Translations under genes and position numbers: made by a program
The notes under the pieces: model-generated
Seen by the model: only the letters and a program-made list of their open reading frames with translations
The model's database searches: none
Told to the model about the DNA's origin: nothing
Source: Escherichia coli
GTDB lineage: Bacteria; Pseudomonadota; Gammaproteobacteria; Enterobacterales; Enterobacteriaceae
Direction: 5' to 3' (one strand)
DNA length: 64,000 nt
Assembly: GCF_003334315.1 (NCBI RefSeq)
Contig: NZ_QOWR01000004.1
Shown: one piece after another, positions 36,043 to 47,324 of the stretch
Position numbering within the stretch: position 1 is the first letter of the stretch
Layout: each line of letters begins with the position of its first letter

Positions 36043-37308
36043 ATGAGCAACAATGAATTCCATCAGCGTCGTCTTTCTGCCACTCCGCGCGGGGTTGGCG
36101 TGATGTGTAACTTCTTCGCCCAGTCGGCTGAAAACGCCACGCTGAAGGATGTTGAGGGCAACGAGTACATCGATTTCGCCGCAGGCATTGCGGTGCTGAA
36201 TACCGGACATCGCCACCCTGATCTGGTCGCGGCGGTGGAGCAGCAACTGCAACAGTTTACCCACACCGCGTATCAGATTGTGCCGTATGAAAGCTACGTC
36301 ACCCTGGCGGAGAAAATCAACGCCCTTGCCCCGGTGAGCGGGCAGGCCAAAACCGCGTTCTTCACCACCGGTGCGGAAGCGGTGGAAAACGCGGTGAAAA
36401 TTGCTCGCGCCCATACCGGACGCCCTGGCGTGATTGCGTTTAGCGGCGGCTTTCACGGTCGTACGTATATGACCATGGCGCTGACCGGAAAAGTTGCGCC
36501 GTACAAAATCGGCTTCGGCCCGTTCCCTGGTTCGGTGTATCACGTACCTTATCCGTCAGATTTACACGGCATTTCAACACAGGACTCCCTCGACGCCATC
36601 GAACGCTTGTTTAAATCAGACATCGAAGCGAAGCAGGTGGCGGCGATTATTTTCGAACCGGTGCAGGGCGAGGGCGGTTTCAACGTTGCGCCAAAAGAGC
36701 TGGTTGCCGCTATTCGCCGCCTGTGCGACGAGCACGGTATTGTGATGATTGCTGATGAAGTGCAAAGCGGCTTTGCGCGTACCGGTAAGCTGTTTGCCAT
36801 GGATCATTACGCCGATAAGCCGGATTTAATGACGATGGCGAAAAGCCTCGCGGGCGGGATGCCGCTTTCGGGCGTGGTCGGTAACGCGAATATTATGGAC
36901 GCACCCGCGCCGGGCGGGCTTGGCGGCACCTACGCCGGTAACCCGCTGGCGGTGGCTGCCGCGCACGCGGTGCTCAACATTATCGACAAAGAATCACTCT
37001 GCGAACGCGCGAATCAACTGGGCCAGCGTCTCAAAAACACGTTGATTGATGCCAAAGAAAGCGTTCCGGCCATTGCTGCGGTACGCGGCCTGGGGTCGAT
37101 GATTGCGGTAGAGTTTAACGATCCGCAAACGGGCGAGCCGTCAGCGGCGATTGCACAGAAAATCCAGCAACGCGCGCTGGCGCAGGGGCTGCTCCTGCTG
37201 ACCTGTGGCGCATACGGCAACGTGATTCGCTTCCTGTATCCGCTGACCATCCCGGATGCGCAATTCGATGCGGCAATGAAAATTTTGCAGGATGCGCTGA
37301 GCGATTAA
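36043..37308 (+). CDS. puuE: 4-aminobutyrate aminotransferase PuuE (class III PLP aminotransferase), 421 aa
   Basis: ORF track; class III aminotransferase fold. Confidence 0.9.
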   Translation: MSNNEFHQRRLSATPRGVGVMCNFFAQSAENATLKDVEGNEYIDFAAGIAVLNTGHRHPDLVAAVEQQLQQFTHTAYQIVPYESYVTLAEKINALAPVSGQAKTAFFTTGAEAVENAVKIARAHTGRPGVIAFSGGFHGRTYMTMALTGKVAPYKIGFGPFPGSVYHVPYPSDLHGISTQDSLDAIERLFKSDIEAKQVAAIIFEPVQGEGGFNVAPKELVAAIRRLCDEHGIVMIADEVQSGFARTGKLFAMDHYADKPDLMTMAKSLAGGMPLSGVVGNANIMDAPAPGGLGGTYAGNPLAVAAAHAVLNIIDKESLCERANQLGQRLKNTLIDAKESVPAIAAVRGLGSMIAVEFNDPQTGEPSAAIAQKIQQRALAQGLLLLTCGAYGNVIRFLYPLTIPDAQFDAAMKILQDALSD

Positions 37309-37327
37309 TAGCCCAACGCAATAATGT

Positions 37328-37410
37328 CTGATGCGCTGCGCTTATCAGGCCTGCAAACGACGTATTGATTATGTATGCCGAATAAAGCATTCACGCCGCA
37401 TCCGGCAAGT
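37328..37410. repeat. BIME: two REP elements in opposite orientation between puuE and pspF
   Basis: Read from sequence: gatgcgctgcgcttatcaggcctgc ... gcattcacgccgcatccggcaag; approximate coordinates. Confidence 0.65.
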
Positions 37411-37427
37411 TGTATTGCTCAACTTCG

Positions 37428-38405
37428 CTAAATCTGGTGCTTTTTCAACAACGCGCGGAACTGATGATAAGTTAACCCCAGTAATTCAGCCGCGCGCTTC
37501 TGGTTATATTTCCCTTGTTGCAAACTGAGTTGCAGCAACTCTTTTTCCTGCTGCATCTGAAACTCACGTAAATCCAGCGGCAGTGTTGGAAGCGAGGTGG
37601 TTTCTGAAACGGCGATAGCGTCTTCAGGCGGACGCCGTTTAAAGGGATCAATAATGATGTCATCAAGCGGATAATCGCTGGTGCCGTGGCGATACACTGA
37701 ACGTTCCACCACGTTTTTCAATTCACGAATATTTCCCGGCCAACGATAATTCAGCAATGTTTCTCTGGCGCGCTCCGTAAACCCCGGGAACAGAGGCAGC
37801 TTGATTTCCCGACACATCTGGATGGCAAAGTATTCTGCCATCAACATTATGTCGCTTTCGCGCTCGCGCAGTGGTGGCAGTTGTACAACATCAAAAGCCA
37901 GTCGGTCGAGCAGGTCAGCGCGAAAAGTGCCTTCATTGACCATCGCCGGGAGATCGGCATTCGTCGCGCATACCAACCGCACATTCACCTGCAATGGCTG
38001 GCTGCCGCCAACGCGCTCCAGTTCACCGTACTCAATCACGCGCAATAATTTCTCCTGCACCATCATCGGTGCCGTAGCGAGTTCATCAAGAAATAGCGTA
38101 CCGCCGTCGGCACGTTCAAATCTCCCTGGATGACGTTTTTGCGCACCGGTAAACGCCCCCGCTTCGTGACCAAACAGTTCGGAATCCAGCAGATTTTCAT
38201 TTAACGCCGCGCAGTTAAGGGAAATAAACGGCCCTTGCCAACGGGAGGAGAGATAATGCAGGCGGCTGGCAATCAGCTCTTTACCGGTGCCGCGTTCGCC
38301 GATGATGAGCACCGGTTTGTCCAGCGGTGCGAGATGCGAAACCTGTTCCAGCACTTCGAGAAAGCTGTTCGCCTCACCAAGTAAATTATCTTTGTATTCT
38401 GCCAT
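37428..38405 (-). CDS. pspF: Sigma-54-dependent transcriptional activator PspF (325 aa)
   Basis: ORF track 37428..38420; start moved to internal Met (MAEYKDNLLGEANSF); AAA+ domain with GAFTGA motif, C-terminal HTH. Confidence 0.93.
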   Translation of the reverse strand: MAEYKDNLLGEANSFLEVLEQVSHLAPLDKPVLIIGERGTGKELIASRLHYLSSRWQGPFISLNCAALNENLLDSELFGHEAGAFTGAQKRHPGRFERADGGTLFLDELATAPMMVQEKLLRVIEYGELERVGGSQPLQVNVRLVCATNADLPAMVNEGTFRADLLDRLAFDVVQLPPLRERESDIMLMAEYFAIQMCREIKLPLFPGFTERARETLLNYRWPGNIRELKNVVERSVYRHGTSDYPLDDIIIDPFKRRPPEDAIAVSETTSLPTLPLDLREFQMQQEKELLQLSLQQGKYNQKRAAELLGLTYHQFRALLKKHQI

Positions 38406-38499
38406 GATGAAATTCGCCACTTGTTAGTGTAATTCGCTAACTCATCCTGGCATGTTGCTGTTGATTCTTCAATCAGATCTTTATAAATCAAAAAGATAA

Positions 38500-39240
<741 letters not shown>

Positions 39241-39293
39241 TAACATCCAGGCGGCGTCCGAACGCGCCGCCGCTCATCGTCTAAGGAGTACTT

Positions 39294-39518
39294 ATGAGCG
39301 CGCTATTTCTGGCTATTCCGTTAACCATTTTTGTGCTGTTTGTTTTACCGATCTGGTTATGGCTGCATTACAGCAATCGTTCTGGTCGCAGTGAATTGTC
39401 GCAAAGTGAGCAGCAGCGATTAGCGCAACTGGCTGATGAAGCAAAACGGATGCGCGAACGTATTCAGGCGCTGGAATCTATTCTTGATGCAGAACATCCG
39501 AACTGGAGGGATCGCTAA
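39294..39518 (+). CDS. pspB: Phage shock protein B (74 aa)
   Basis: ORF track; single TM helix. Confidence 0.92.
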   Translation: MSALFLAIPLTIFVLFVLPIWLWLHYSNRSGRSELSQSEQQRLAQLADEAKRMRERIQALESILDAEHPNWRDR

Positions 39519-39877
39519 TGGCGGGCATTAATCTCAATAAAAAATTATGGCGTATTCCACAGCAGGGCATGGTCCGCGGCGTCTGCGCCGGGATTGCCAA
39601 CTATTTTGATGTACCGGTAAAACTGGTGCGTATCCTGGTGGTGCTGTCGATTTTCTTCGGTCTGGCGCTGTTTACCCTGGTTGCTTACATCATTTTGTCA
39701 TTTGCGCTTGATCCAATGCCGGACAACATGGCCTTTGGTGAGCAGCTACCTTCCAGCAGCGAATTGCTGGATGAAGTCGACCGTGAACTGGCGGCAAGTG
39801 AAACGCGTTTACGCGAGATGGAACGTTATGTCACTTCCGATACTTTCACGTTACGTAGCCGTTTCCGTCAACTGTGA
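39518..39877 (+). CDS. pspC: Phage shock protein C (119 aa)
   Basis: ORF track; start overlaps pspB stop. Confidence 0.92.
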
Positions 39878-39885
39878 GGAAAGTT

Positions 39886-40107
39886 ATGAATACTCGCTGG
39901 CAACAGGCCGGGCAAAAGGTAAAGCCTGGTTTCAAATTAGCAGGCAAGCTGGTACTTCTTACCGCACTGCGCTATGGCCCGGCGGGTGTGGCGGGCTGGG
40001 CGATAAAATCAGTTGCTCGCCGACCGCTGAAAATGTTGCTGGCTGTGGCGCTGGAACCGCTGTTAAGTCGGGCTGCTAATAAACTGGCACAGCGTTATAA
40101 AAGGTGA
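39886..40107 (+). CDS. pspD: Phage shock protein D (73 aa)
   Basis: ORF track 39874..40107 (GTG); annotated from ATG ([10 protein letters not shown]). Confidence 0.88.
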
Positions 40108-40181
40108 GGGGAGTTTCGCAAAAATTGTTAAATCTCAGGCGTATAATGGATGGCAATTTTCATCCATAGAAGGACGCTTAC

Positions 40182-40496
40182 ATGTTTAAAAAAGGCTTAC
40201 TTGCTCTGGCACTGGTGTTTTCACTGCCCGTTTTCGCCGCTGAACACTGGATCGATGTTCGTGTTCCAGAGCAGTATCAGCAAGAGCACGTTCAGGGGGC
40301 CATCAATATTCCCCTGAAGGAAGTGAAAGAGCGCATTGCCACCGCCGTTCCGGATAAAAACGACACCGTGAAAGTGTATTGCAATGCCGGACGCCAGTCA
40401 GGGCAAGCAAAAGAGATCCTTAGCGAGATGGGATATACCCACGTTGAGAACGCCGGTGGCCTGAAAGACATCGCAATGCCGAAGGTCAAAGGTTAA
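40182..40496 (+). CDS. pspE: Thiosulfate sulfurtransferase PspE (rhodanese), 104 aa
   Basis: ORF track; signal peptide, rhodanese active-site Cys (CNAGRQS). Confidence 0.92.
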   Translation: MFKKGLLALALVFSLPVFAAEHWIDVRVPEQYQQEHVQGAINIPLKEVKERIATAVPDKNDTVKVYCNAGRQSGQAKEILSEMGYTHVENAGGLKDIAMPKVKG

Positions 40497-40510
40497 AAGA
40501 ATTCACCATG

Positions 40511-40538
40511 AGCGGCGCTTATGCGCCGTTTTTTTTTC
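40511..40538 (+). terminator. Intrinsic terminator after pspE
   Basis: Read from sequence: gagcggcgcttatgcgccg followed by a run of 9 T; approximate coordinates. Confidence 0.7.
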
Positions 40539-40708
40539 TGTCACACCTTATTTACATCCCCATAGATTATTTGCGTCAGCTCACAAATACGCTTTTTCCC
40601 TGGTAAAAAATGATTTCCTGCGTGACTAAAACCCTTGTGCTCAATTGACAGTTTATTTTCTGCGGAGTAGTCTCTCGTTTCATGGGACCGCTACCACGGA
40701 AAGGCAAC

Positions 40709-42388
40709 ATGAAACAGAAAATTACGGATTACCTGGACGAAATCTACGGTGGAACATTTACCGCAACTCATTTACAGAAACTTGTAACGCGTCTTGAGAG
40801 TGCGAAACGATTAATTACACAGCGACGTAAAAAACACTGGGATGAAAGTGATGTCGTGTTAATTACCTATGCCGATCAATTTCACAGCAATGATTTAAAA
40901 CCATTACCCACATTTAATCAGTTTTACCATCAATGGCTGCAAAGCATTTTTTCACATGTTCATTTGTTGCCGTTTTATCCATGGTCATCTGATGATGGCT
41001 TTTCGGTAATTGATTATCATCAGGTCGCCAGTGAAGCGGGGGAGTGGCAGGATATTCAGTAACTCGGTGAATGCAGTCATTTAATGTTTGATTTTGTCTG
41101 CAACCATATGTCGGCAAAAAGTGAATGGTTTAAAAACTATTTACAACAGCATCCAGGTTTTGAAGATTTTTTTATTGCCGTTGACCCGCAAACCGATCTC
41201 AGCGCCGTCACTCGCCCGCGTGCGTTACCGTTATTAACGCCATTCCAGATGCGCGATCATTCAACGCGCCATTTATGGACCACCTTTAGTGACGATCAAA
41301 TTGACCTGAATTACCGTAGCCCTGAAGTGTTGCTGGCGATGGTGGATGTTTTACTCTGTTACCTTGCGAAAGGTGCTGAGTATGTCCGCCTGGATGCCGT
41401 TGGCTTTATGTGGAAAGAGCCGGGAACAAGCTGCATCCATCTGGAAAAAACACATCTGATTATCAAACTGTTACGGTCGATTATTGATAACGTTGCGCCA
41501 GGTACAGTGATCATTACCGAGACCAATGTTCCGCATAAAGACAACATTGCTTACTTTGGCGCAGGCGATGACGAAGCACATATGGTGTACCAGTTCTCGC
41601 TGCCGCCACTGGTGCTGCATGCGGTGCAAAAACAGAACGTTGAGGCGCTTTGTGCGTGGGCGCAAAACCTGACACTACCTTCCAGCAACACCACCTGGTT
41701 TAACTTCCTCGCCTCTCACGATGGCATCGGGCTAAACCCGCTACGGGGCTTGTTGCCTGAAAGCGAAATATTAGAGCTGGTCGAGGCGTTACAGCAGGAA
41801 GGTGCATTAGTAAACTGGAAAAATAATCCCGACGGTACACGCAGTCCGTATGAAATAAATGTGACCTATATGGATGCGTTAAGCCGCCGTGAGAGTAGCG
41901 ATGAAGAACGTTGCGCCAGGTTTATCCTTGCCCATGCGATTTTGTTAAGTTTCCCCGGTGTGCCAGCGATATATATTCAAAGTATTCTTGGCTCGCGTAA
42001 TGATTACGCAGGTGTCGAAAAACTCGGATATAACCGTGCGATTAACCGTAAAAAATATCACAGTAAAGAGATAACCCGAGAACTGAACGATGAAGCTACA
42101 TTAAGGCATGCGGTATATCATGAGTTGTCGCGTTTAATTACACTTCGTCGCAGCCATAACGAGTTTCATCCGGATAATAATTTTACCATTGATACGATTA
42201 ATTCATCCGTAATGCGTATTCAAAGAAGTAACGCTGATGGTAATTGTCTGACTGGATTGTTTAATGTCAGTAAAAATATTCAGCATGTAAATATTACTAA
42301 TCTGCATGGTCGGGATCTGATTAGTGAAGTTGATATATTGGGTAATGAAATAACGCTGCGCCCCTGGCAGGTTATGTGGATTAAATAA
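40709..42388 (+). pseudogene. ycjM: GH13 sucrose-phosphorylase-like glucosylglycerate phosphorylase YcjM, interrupted by an in-frame TAA at 41060-41062
   Basis: ORF track gives two same-frame ORFs, 40682..41062 and 41084..42388 (offset 402 nt); 117 aa + stop codon + 7 aa + 434 aa reproduces the expected 559 codons. Confidence 0.8.
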
Positions 42389-42401
42389 AAAGGAACATCT
42401 C

Positions 42402-43694
42402 ATGATTAAATCAAAAATCGTGCTGTTATCAGCACTGGTTTCATGCGCCCTGATTTCAGGCTGTAAAGAAGAAAATAAAACGAATGTATCCATCGAATTT
42501 ATGCATTCTTCGGTGGAGCAGGAGCGCCAGGCCGTTATCAGTAAATTGATTGCCCGTTTTGAAAAAGAAAACCCTGGCATCACCGTTAAGCAAGTGCCCG
42601 TGGAAGAAGATGCCTATAACACTAAAGTCATTACTCTTTCACGTAGCGGTTCGCTGCCGGAAGTGATCGAAACCAGCCATGACTACGCCAAAGTGATGGA
42701 CAAAGAGCAGCTTATCGATCGCAAAGCGGTTGCCACAGTCATCAGCAACGTTGGTGAAGGCGCGTTTTACGATGGCGTACTGCGTATTGTGCGTACCGAA
42801 GATGGTAGCGCATGGACCGGTGTTCCTGTCAGCGCCTGGATTGGCGGTATCTGGTATCGCAAAGATGTGCTGGCAAAAGCGGGGCTTGAGGAGCCGAAAA
42901 ACTGGCAACAGCTGCTGGACGTTGCACAGAAACTGAATGACCCGGCGAATAAAAAATACGGCATTGCGCTGCCTACAGCAGAAAGCGTGTTGACGGAACA
43001 ATCCTTCTCCCAGTTTGCGTTATCCAACCAGGCTAACGTCTTTAACGCCGAAGGCAAAATCACCCTTGATACACCAGAGATGATGCAGGCACTGACCTAT
43101 TACCGCGACCTTGCTGCCAACACTATGCCGGGTTCTAACGACATCATGGAAGTGAAAGACGCCTTTATGAACGGCACCGCGCCGATGGCGATTTACTCCA
43201 CCTATATCCTTCCGGCTGTGATTAAAGAAGGCGACCCGAAAAACGTCGGTTTCGTGGTGCCAACCGAGAAAAACTCTGCGGTCTACGGCATGTTGACCTC
43301 GCTGACCATTACCGCCGGGCAAAAGACCGAAGAGACGGAAGCAGCAGAAAAATTTGTCACCTTTATGGAGCAGGCAGACAACATTGCCGACTGGGTGATG
43401 ATGTCGCCAGGTGCTGCGCTGCCGGTGAATAAAGCGGTGGTGACTACCGCCACCTGGAAAGACAACGACGTTATTAAGGCGCTGGGTGAACTACCGAATC
43501 AGCTAATCGGTGAACTGCCAAATATTCAGGTTTTTGGCGCAGTAGGGGATAAAAACTTTACCCGCATGGGTGATGTGACGGGTTCTGGCGTGGTGAGTTC
43601 AATGGTGCATAACGTCACCGTGGGTAAAGCCGATCTCTCTACTACGCTGCAAGCGAGCCAGAAAAAACTGGATGAACTGATCGAACAGCACTAA
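42402..43694 (+). CDS. ycjN: ABC transporter periplasmic sugar-binding protein YcjN (430 aa)
   Basis: ORF track; lipoprotein-type signal (LISGC). Confidence 0.85.
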   Translation: MIKSKIVLLSALVSCALISGCKEENKTNVSIEFMHSSVEQERQAVISKLIARFEKENPGITVKQVPVEEDAYNTKVITLSRSGSLPEVIETSHDYAKVMDKEQLIDRKAVATVISNVGEGAFYDGVLRIVRTEDGSAWTGVPVSAWIGGIWYRKDVLAKAGLEEPKNWQQLLDVAQKLNDPANKKYGIALPTAESVLTEQSFSQFALSNQANVFNAEGKITLDTPEMMQALTYYRDLAANTMPGSNDIMEVKDAFMNGTAPMAIYSTYILPAVIKEGDPKNVGFVVPTEKNSAVYGMLTSLTITAGQKTEETEAAEKFVTFMEQADNIADWVMMSPGAALPVNKAVVTTATWKDNDVIKALGELPNQLIGELPNIQVFGAVGDKNFTRMGDVTGSGVVSSMVHNVTVGKADLSTTLQASQKKLDELIEQH

Positions 43695-43714
43695 ACCCAG
43701 GACAGGAATCCGCA

Positions 43715-44596
43715 ATGAACAGGCTTTTTTCAGGTCGTTCCGATATGCCCTTTGCGCTGCTGCTTCTCGCGCCCAGCTTATTACTGCTGGGCGGTCTGGT
43801 GGCGTGGCCGATGGTGTCGAATATCGAAATCAGTTTTTTACGTCTGCCGCTCAATCCCAACATCGAGTCAACGTTTGTTGGGGTGAGCAACTATGTGCGT
43901 ATCCTCTCCGATCCCGGCTTCTGGCATTCGCTGTGGATGACGGTCTGGTATACCGCGCTGGTGGTGGCGGGCAGCACCGTGCTCGGGCTGGCGGTGGCGA
44001 TGTTTTTCAACCGCGAGTTCCGCCTGCGCAAAACCGCGCGTTCGCTGGTGATCCTCTCCTACGTAACGCCGTCCATTTCGCTGGTGTTCGCCTGGAAATA
44101 CATGTTCAACAACGGCTACGGCATTGTTAACTACCTCGGCGTCGATCTTCTGCATCTCTATGAGCAGGCACCGCTGTGGTTCGATAATCCGGGCAGTAGC
44201 TTTGTGCTGGTGGTGCTGTTCGCCATCTGGCGCTACTTCCCGTATGCCTTTATCTCGTTTCTGGCGATTTTGCAGACCATCGACAAATCGCTGTACGAAG
44301 CGGCAGAGATGGATGGCGCTAATGCCTGGCAACGGTTTCGTATCGTCACGCTGCCCGCAATTATGCCGGTCCTGGCGACGGTGGTGACACTGCGCACCAT
44401 CTGGATGTTCTACATGTTCGCGGATGTTTATTTGCTGACGACCAAGGTCGATATTCTCGGTGTATATCTCTACAAAACCGCCTTTGCCTTTAATGATTTA
44501 GGAAAAGCGGCGGCGATCTCGGTGGTGCTCTTCATCATTATTTTCGCTGTCATTCTGCTGACCAGGAAACGGGTGAACCTCAATGGCAACAAATAA
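43715..44596 (+). CDS. ycjO: ABC transporter permease YcjO (293 aa)
   Basis: ORF track; MalF/UgpA-like permease. Confidence 0.85.
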   Translation: MNRLFSGRSDMPFALLLLAPSLLLLGGLVAWPMVSNIEISFLRLPLNPNIESTFVGVSNYVRILSDPGFWHSLWMTVWYTALVVAGSTVLGLAVAMFFNREFRLRKTARSLVILSYVTPSISLVFAWKYMFNNGYGIVNYLGVDLLHLYEQAPLWFDNPGSSFVLVVLFAIWRYFPYAFISFLAILQTIDKSLYEAAEMDGANAWQRFRIVTLPAIMPVLATVVTLRTIWMFYMFADVYLLTTKVDILGVYLYKTAFAFNDLGKAAAISVVLFIIIFAVILLTRKRVNLNGNK

Positions 44597-45425
44597 ACGC
44601 ACACTCAGTCGCATCGGTTTTTACTGCGGGCTGGCGCTGTTTCTCATCATCACGCTGTTTCCATTTTTTGTGATGCTGATGACCTCGTTCAAGGGCGCGA
44701 AAGAGGCGATCTCACTGCATCCTACGCTGCTGCCGCAGCAGTGGACGCTGGAGCATTACGTCGACATTTTTAACCCGATGATTTTCCCGTTTGTCGACTA
44801 CTTCCGTAACAGTCTGGTGGTGTCTGTGGTTTCATCCGTGGTGGCGGTATTCCTCGGCATTCTTGGGGCTTACGCGCTTTCCCGCCTGCGCTTTAAAGGT
44901 CGGATGACCATCAACGCCAGCTTTTACACGGTGTATATGTTCTCTGGCATTTTGCTGGTGGTGCCGCTTTTCAAAATCATCACCGCGCTTGGCATTTACG
45001 ACACTGAGATGGCGCTGATCATCACCATGGTGACGCAAACTCTGCCCACCGCCGTGTTTATGCTGAAAAGCTACTTCGACACCATCCCCGATGAGATCGA
45101 AGAAGCGGCGATGATGGATGGCCTCAACCGTCTGCAAATTATCTTCCGCATCACCGTGCCGTTGGCGATGTCCGGGCTGATATCCGTGTTCGTCTACTGC
45201 TTTATGGTGGCGTGGAACGACTATCTGTTTGCGTCGATTTTCCTCTCCAGCGCCAGCAATTTCACCTTACCGGTGGGCCTGAACGCGCTGTTCAGTACGC
45301 CAGATTACATCTGGGGACAGATGATGGCGGCCTCACTGGTGACCGCATTGCCGGTGGTGATTATGTATGCGCTTTCGGAACGTTTTATTAAGAGTGGTTT
45401 GACCGCCGGTGGCGTGAAGGGCTAA
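44583..45425 (+). CDS. ycjP: ABC transporter permease YcjP (280 aa)
   Basis: ORF track; MalG-like permease. Confidence 0.85.
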   Translation: MATNKRTLSRIGFYCGLALFLIITLFPFFVMLMTSFKGAKEAISLHPTLLPQQWTLEHYVDIFNPMIFPFVDYFRNSLVVSVVSSVVAVFLGILGAYALSRLRFKGRMTINASFYTVYMFSGILLVVPLFKIITALGIYDTEMALIITMVTQTLPTAVFMLKSYFDTIPDEIEEAAMMDGLNRLQIIFRITVPLAMSGLISVFVYCFMVAWNDYLFASIFLSSASNFTLPVGLNALFSTPDYIWGQMMAASLVTALPVVIMYALSERFIKSGLTAGGVKG

Positions 45426-45455
45426 AGCGGCCAGTTTCTTTACAAGGAGTTTTAA

Positions 45456-46508
45456 ATGAAAAAGTTAGTAGCCACAGCACCGCGTGTTGCTGCGCTGGTT
45501 GAGTATGAAGATCGGGCGATTTTAGCTAATGAAGTGAAGATCCGCGTGCGTTTCGGCGCACCGAAACACGGAACGGAAGTGGTCGACTTCCGCGCCGCCA
45601 GCCCGTTTATTGATGAAGACTTTAACGGCGAATGGCAGATGTTCACTCCGCGTCCGGCAGATGCGCCGCGCGGCATTGAGTTTGGCAAATTCCAGCTTGG
45701 CAACATGGTGGTTGGCGACATTATCGAGTGCGGCAGCGACGTTACCGACTACGCGGTGGGCGACAGCGTATGCGGCTACGGCCCGCTCTCCGAGACGGTC
45801 ATCATTAACGCAGTGAATAACTACAAGCTGCGCAAAATGCCGCAAGGCAGCTCCTGGAAAAACGCCGTCTGCTACGACCCGGCGCAGTTTGCCATGAGCG
45901 GCGTGCGCGATGCCAACGTGCGCGTAGGGGATTTTGTGGTGGTGGTAGGGCTTGGCGCAATCGGTCAAATTGCCATCCAACTGGCTAAACGCGCTGGCGC
46001 TTCTGTGGTGATTGGCGTCGATCCTATCGCCCATCGCTGTGATATTGCCCGTCGCCACGGCGCGGATTTCTGCCTTAACCCCATCGGCACTGATGTAGGT
46101 AAAGAGATCAAAACGCTGACCGGCAAGCAGGGTGCCGATGTGATTATCGAAACCAGCGGCTACGCCGACGCGCTGCAATCGGCGCTCCGCGGTCTGGCTT
46201 ATGGCGGCACCATCTCCTATGTCGCGTTTGCCAAGCCGTTTGCCGAAGGTTTTAACCTCGGACGCGAAGCGCATTTCAATAACGCCAAAATTGTCTTCTC
46301 TCGCGCGTGCAGCGAACCGAACCCGGATTATCCGCGCTGGAGCCGCAAGCGTATTGAAGAAACCTGTTGGGAACTGCTGATGAACGGTTATCTCAATTGC
46401 GAAGATTTAATCGACCCGGTGGTGACCTTTGCCAATAGCCCGGAAAGCTATATGCAGTATGTCGACCAGCATCCGGAACAGAGCATCAAAATGGGCGTTA
46501 CGTTTTAA
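45456..46508 (+). CDS. ycjQ: Zinc-type alcohol dehydrogenase-like sugar dehydrogenase YcjQ (350 aa)
   Basis: ORF track; MDR family with GLGAIG Rossmann motif. Confidence 0.85.
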   Translation: MKKLVATAPRVAALVEYEDRAILANEVKIRVRFGAPKHGTEVVDFRAASPFIDEDFNGEWQMFTPRPADAPRGIEFGKFQLGNMVVGDIIECGSDVTDYAVGDSVCGYGPLSETVIINAVNNYKLRKMPQGSSWKNAVCYDPAQFAMSGVRDANVRVGDFVVVVGLGAIGQIAIQLAKRAGASVVIGVDPIAHRCDIARRHGADFCLNPIGTDVGKEIKTLTGKQGADVIIETSGYADALQSALRGLAYGGTISYVAFAKPFAEGFNLGREAHFNNAKIVFSRACSEPNPDYPRWSRKRIEETCWELLMNGYLNCEDLIDPVVTFANSPESYMQYVDQHPEQSIKMGVTF

Positions 46509-46526
46509 TTCAAAGGAATGAAAAAA

Positions 46527-47315
46527 ATGAAAATCGGCACACAGAATCAGGCGTTCTTTCCGGAAAACATTCTGGAGAAATTTCGTTATATCAAAGAGAT
46601 GGGCTTCGATGGTTTTGAGATTGACGGCAAACTGCTGGTTAACAACATCGAAGAAGTCAAAGCGGCGATCAAAGAAACCGGTTTACCGGTGACCACCGCC
46701 TGCGGTGGCTATGACGGATGGATTGGCGACTTTATCGAAGAGCGTCGTCTTAATGGCTTAAAGCAGATCGAGCGCATTCTCGAAGCGCTGGCAGAAGTGG
46801 GCGGTAAAGGCATCGTCGTTCCGGCTGCGTGGGGCATGTTTACCTTCCGCTTACCGCCGATGACCTCGCCGCGTAGCCTGGACGGCGACCGCAAAATGGT
46901 GAGTGATTCCCTGCGCGTACTGGAACAGGTCGCCGCGCGTACCGGAACCGTGGTGTATCTCGAACCGTTAAACCGCTATCAGGATCATATGATCAACACC
47001 CTCGCCGATGCCCGCCGTTACATCGTCGAAAACGATCTTAAACATGTACAGATTATCGGCGATTTCTATCACATGAATATCGAAGAAGATAACCTGGCGC
47101 AGGCGCTGCATGACAACCGCGACCTGCTCGGTCATGTGCATATTGCGGATAACCATCGCTACCAGCCGGGCAGCGGCACCCTGGATTTCCACGCGCTGTT
47201 TGAACAGCTGCGCGCGGATAACTATCAGGGCTATGTAGTGTACGAAGGGCGTATCCGGGCGGAAGATCCTGCCCAGGCGTACCGTGATTCGTTGGCCTGG
47301 TTGCGTACCTGCTAA
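46527..47315 (+). CDS. ycjR: Sugar phosphate isomerase/epimerase (xylose-isomerase-like TIM barrel) YcjR, 262 aa
   Basis: ORF track 46518..47315; start moved to MKIGTQNQAF. Confidence 0.85.
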   Translation: MKIGTQNQAFFPENILEKFRYIKEMGFDGFEIDGKLLVNNIEEVKAAIKETGLPVTTACGGYDGWIGDFIEERRLNGLKQIERILEALAEVGGKGIVVPAAWGMFTFRLPPMTSPRSLDGDRKMVSDSLRVLEQVAARTGTVVYLEPLNRYQDHMINTLADARRYIVENDLKHVQIIGDFYHMNIEEDNLAQALHDNRDLLGHVHIADNHRYQPGSGTLDFHALFEQLRADNYQGYVVYEGRIRAEDPAQAYRDSLAWLRTC

Positions 47316-47324
47316 GAGGTCTTT

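Noticed and set aside
36013-36543. 176-aa ORF on the - strand overlapping the puuB end and puuE start
   Set aside because: Antisense to two well-supported genes; Arg-rich composition; no RBS.
40682-42388. A novel two-gene system formed by the split ycjM halves
   Set aside because: Both halves are in the same frame and together reproduce the full-length phosphorylase; a simple nonsense codon is the sufficient explanation.
45522-46274. 250-aa ORF on the - strand
   Set aside because: Antisense within ycjQ; no independent start context; shadow ORF.
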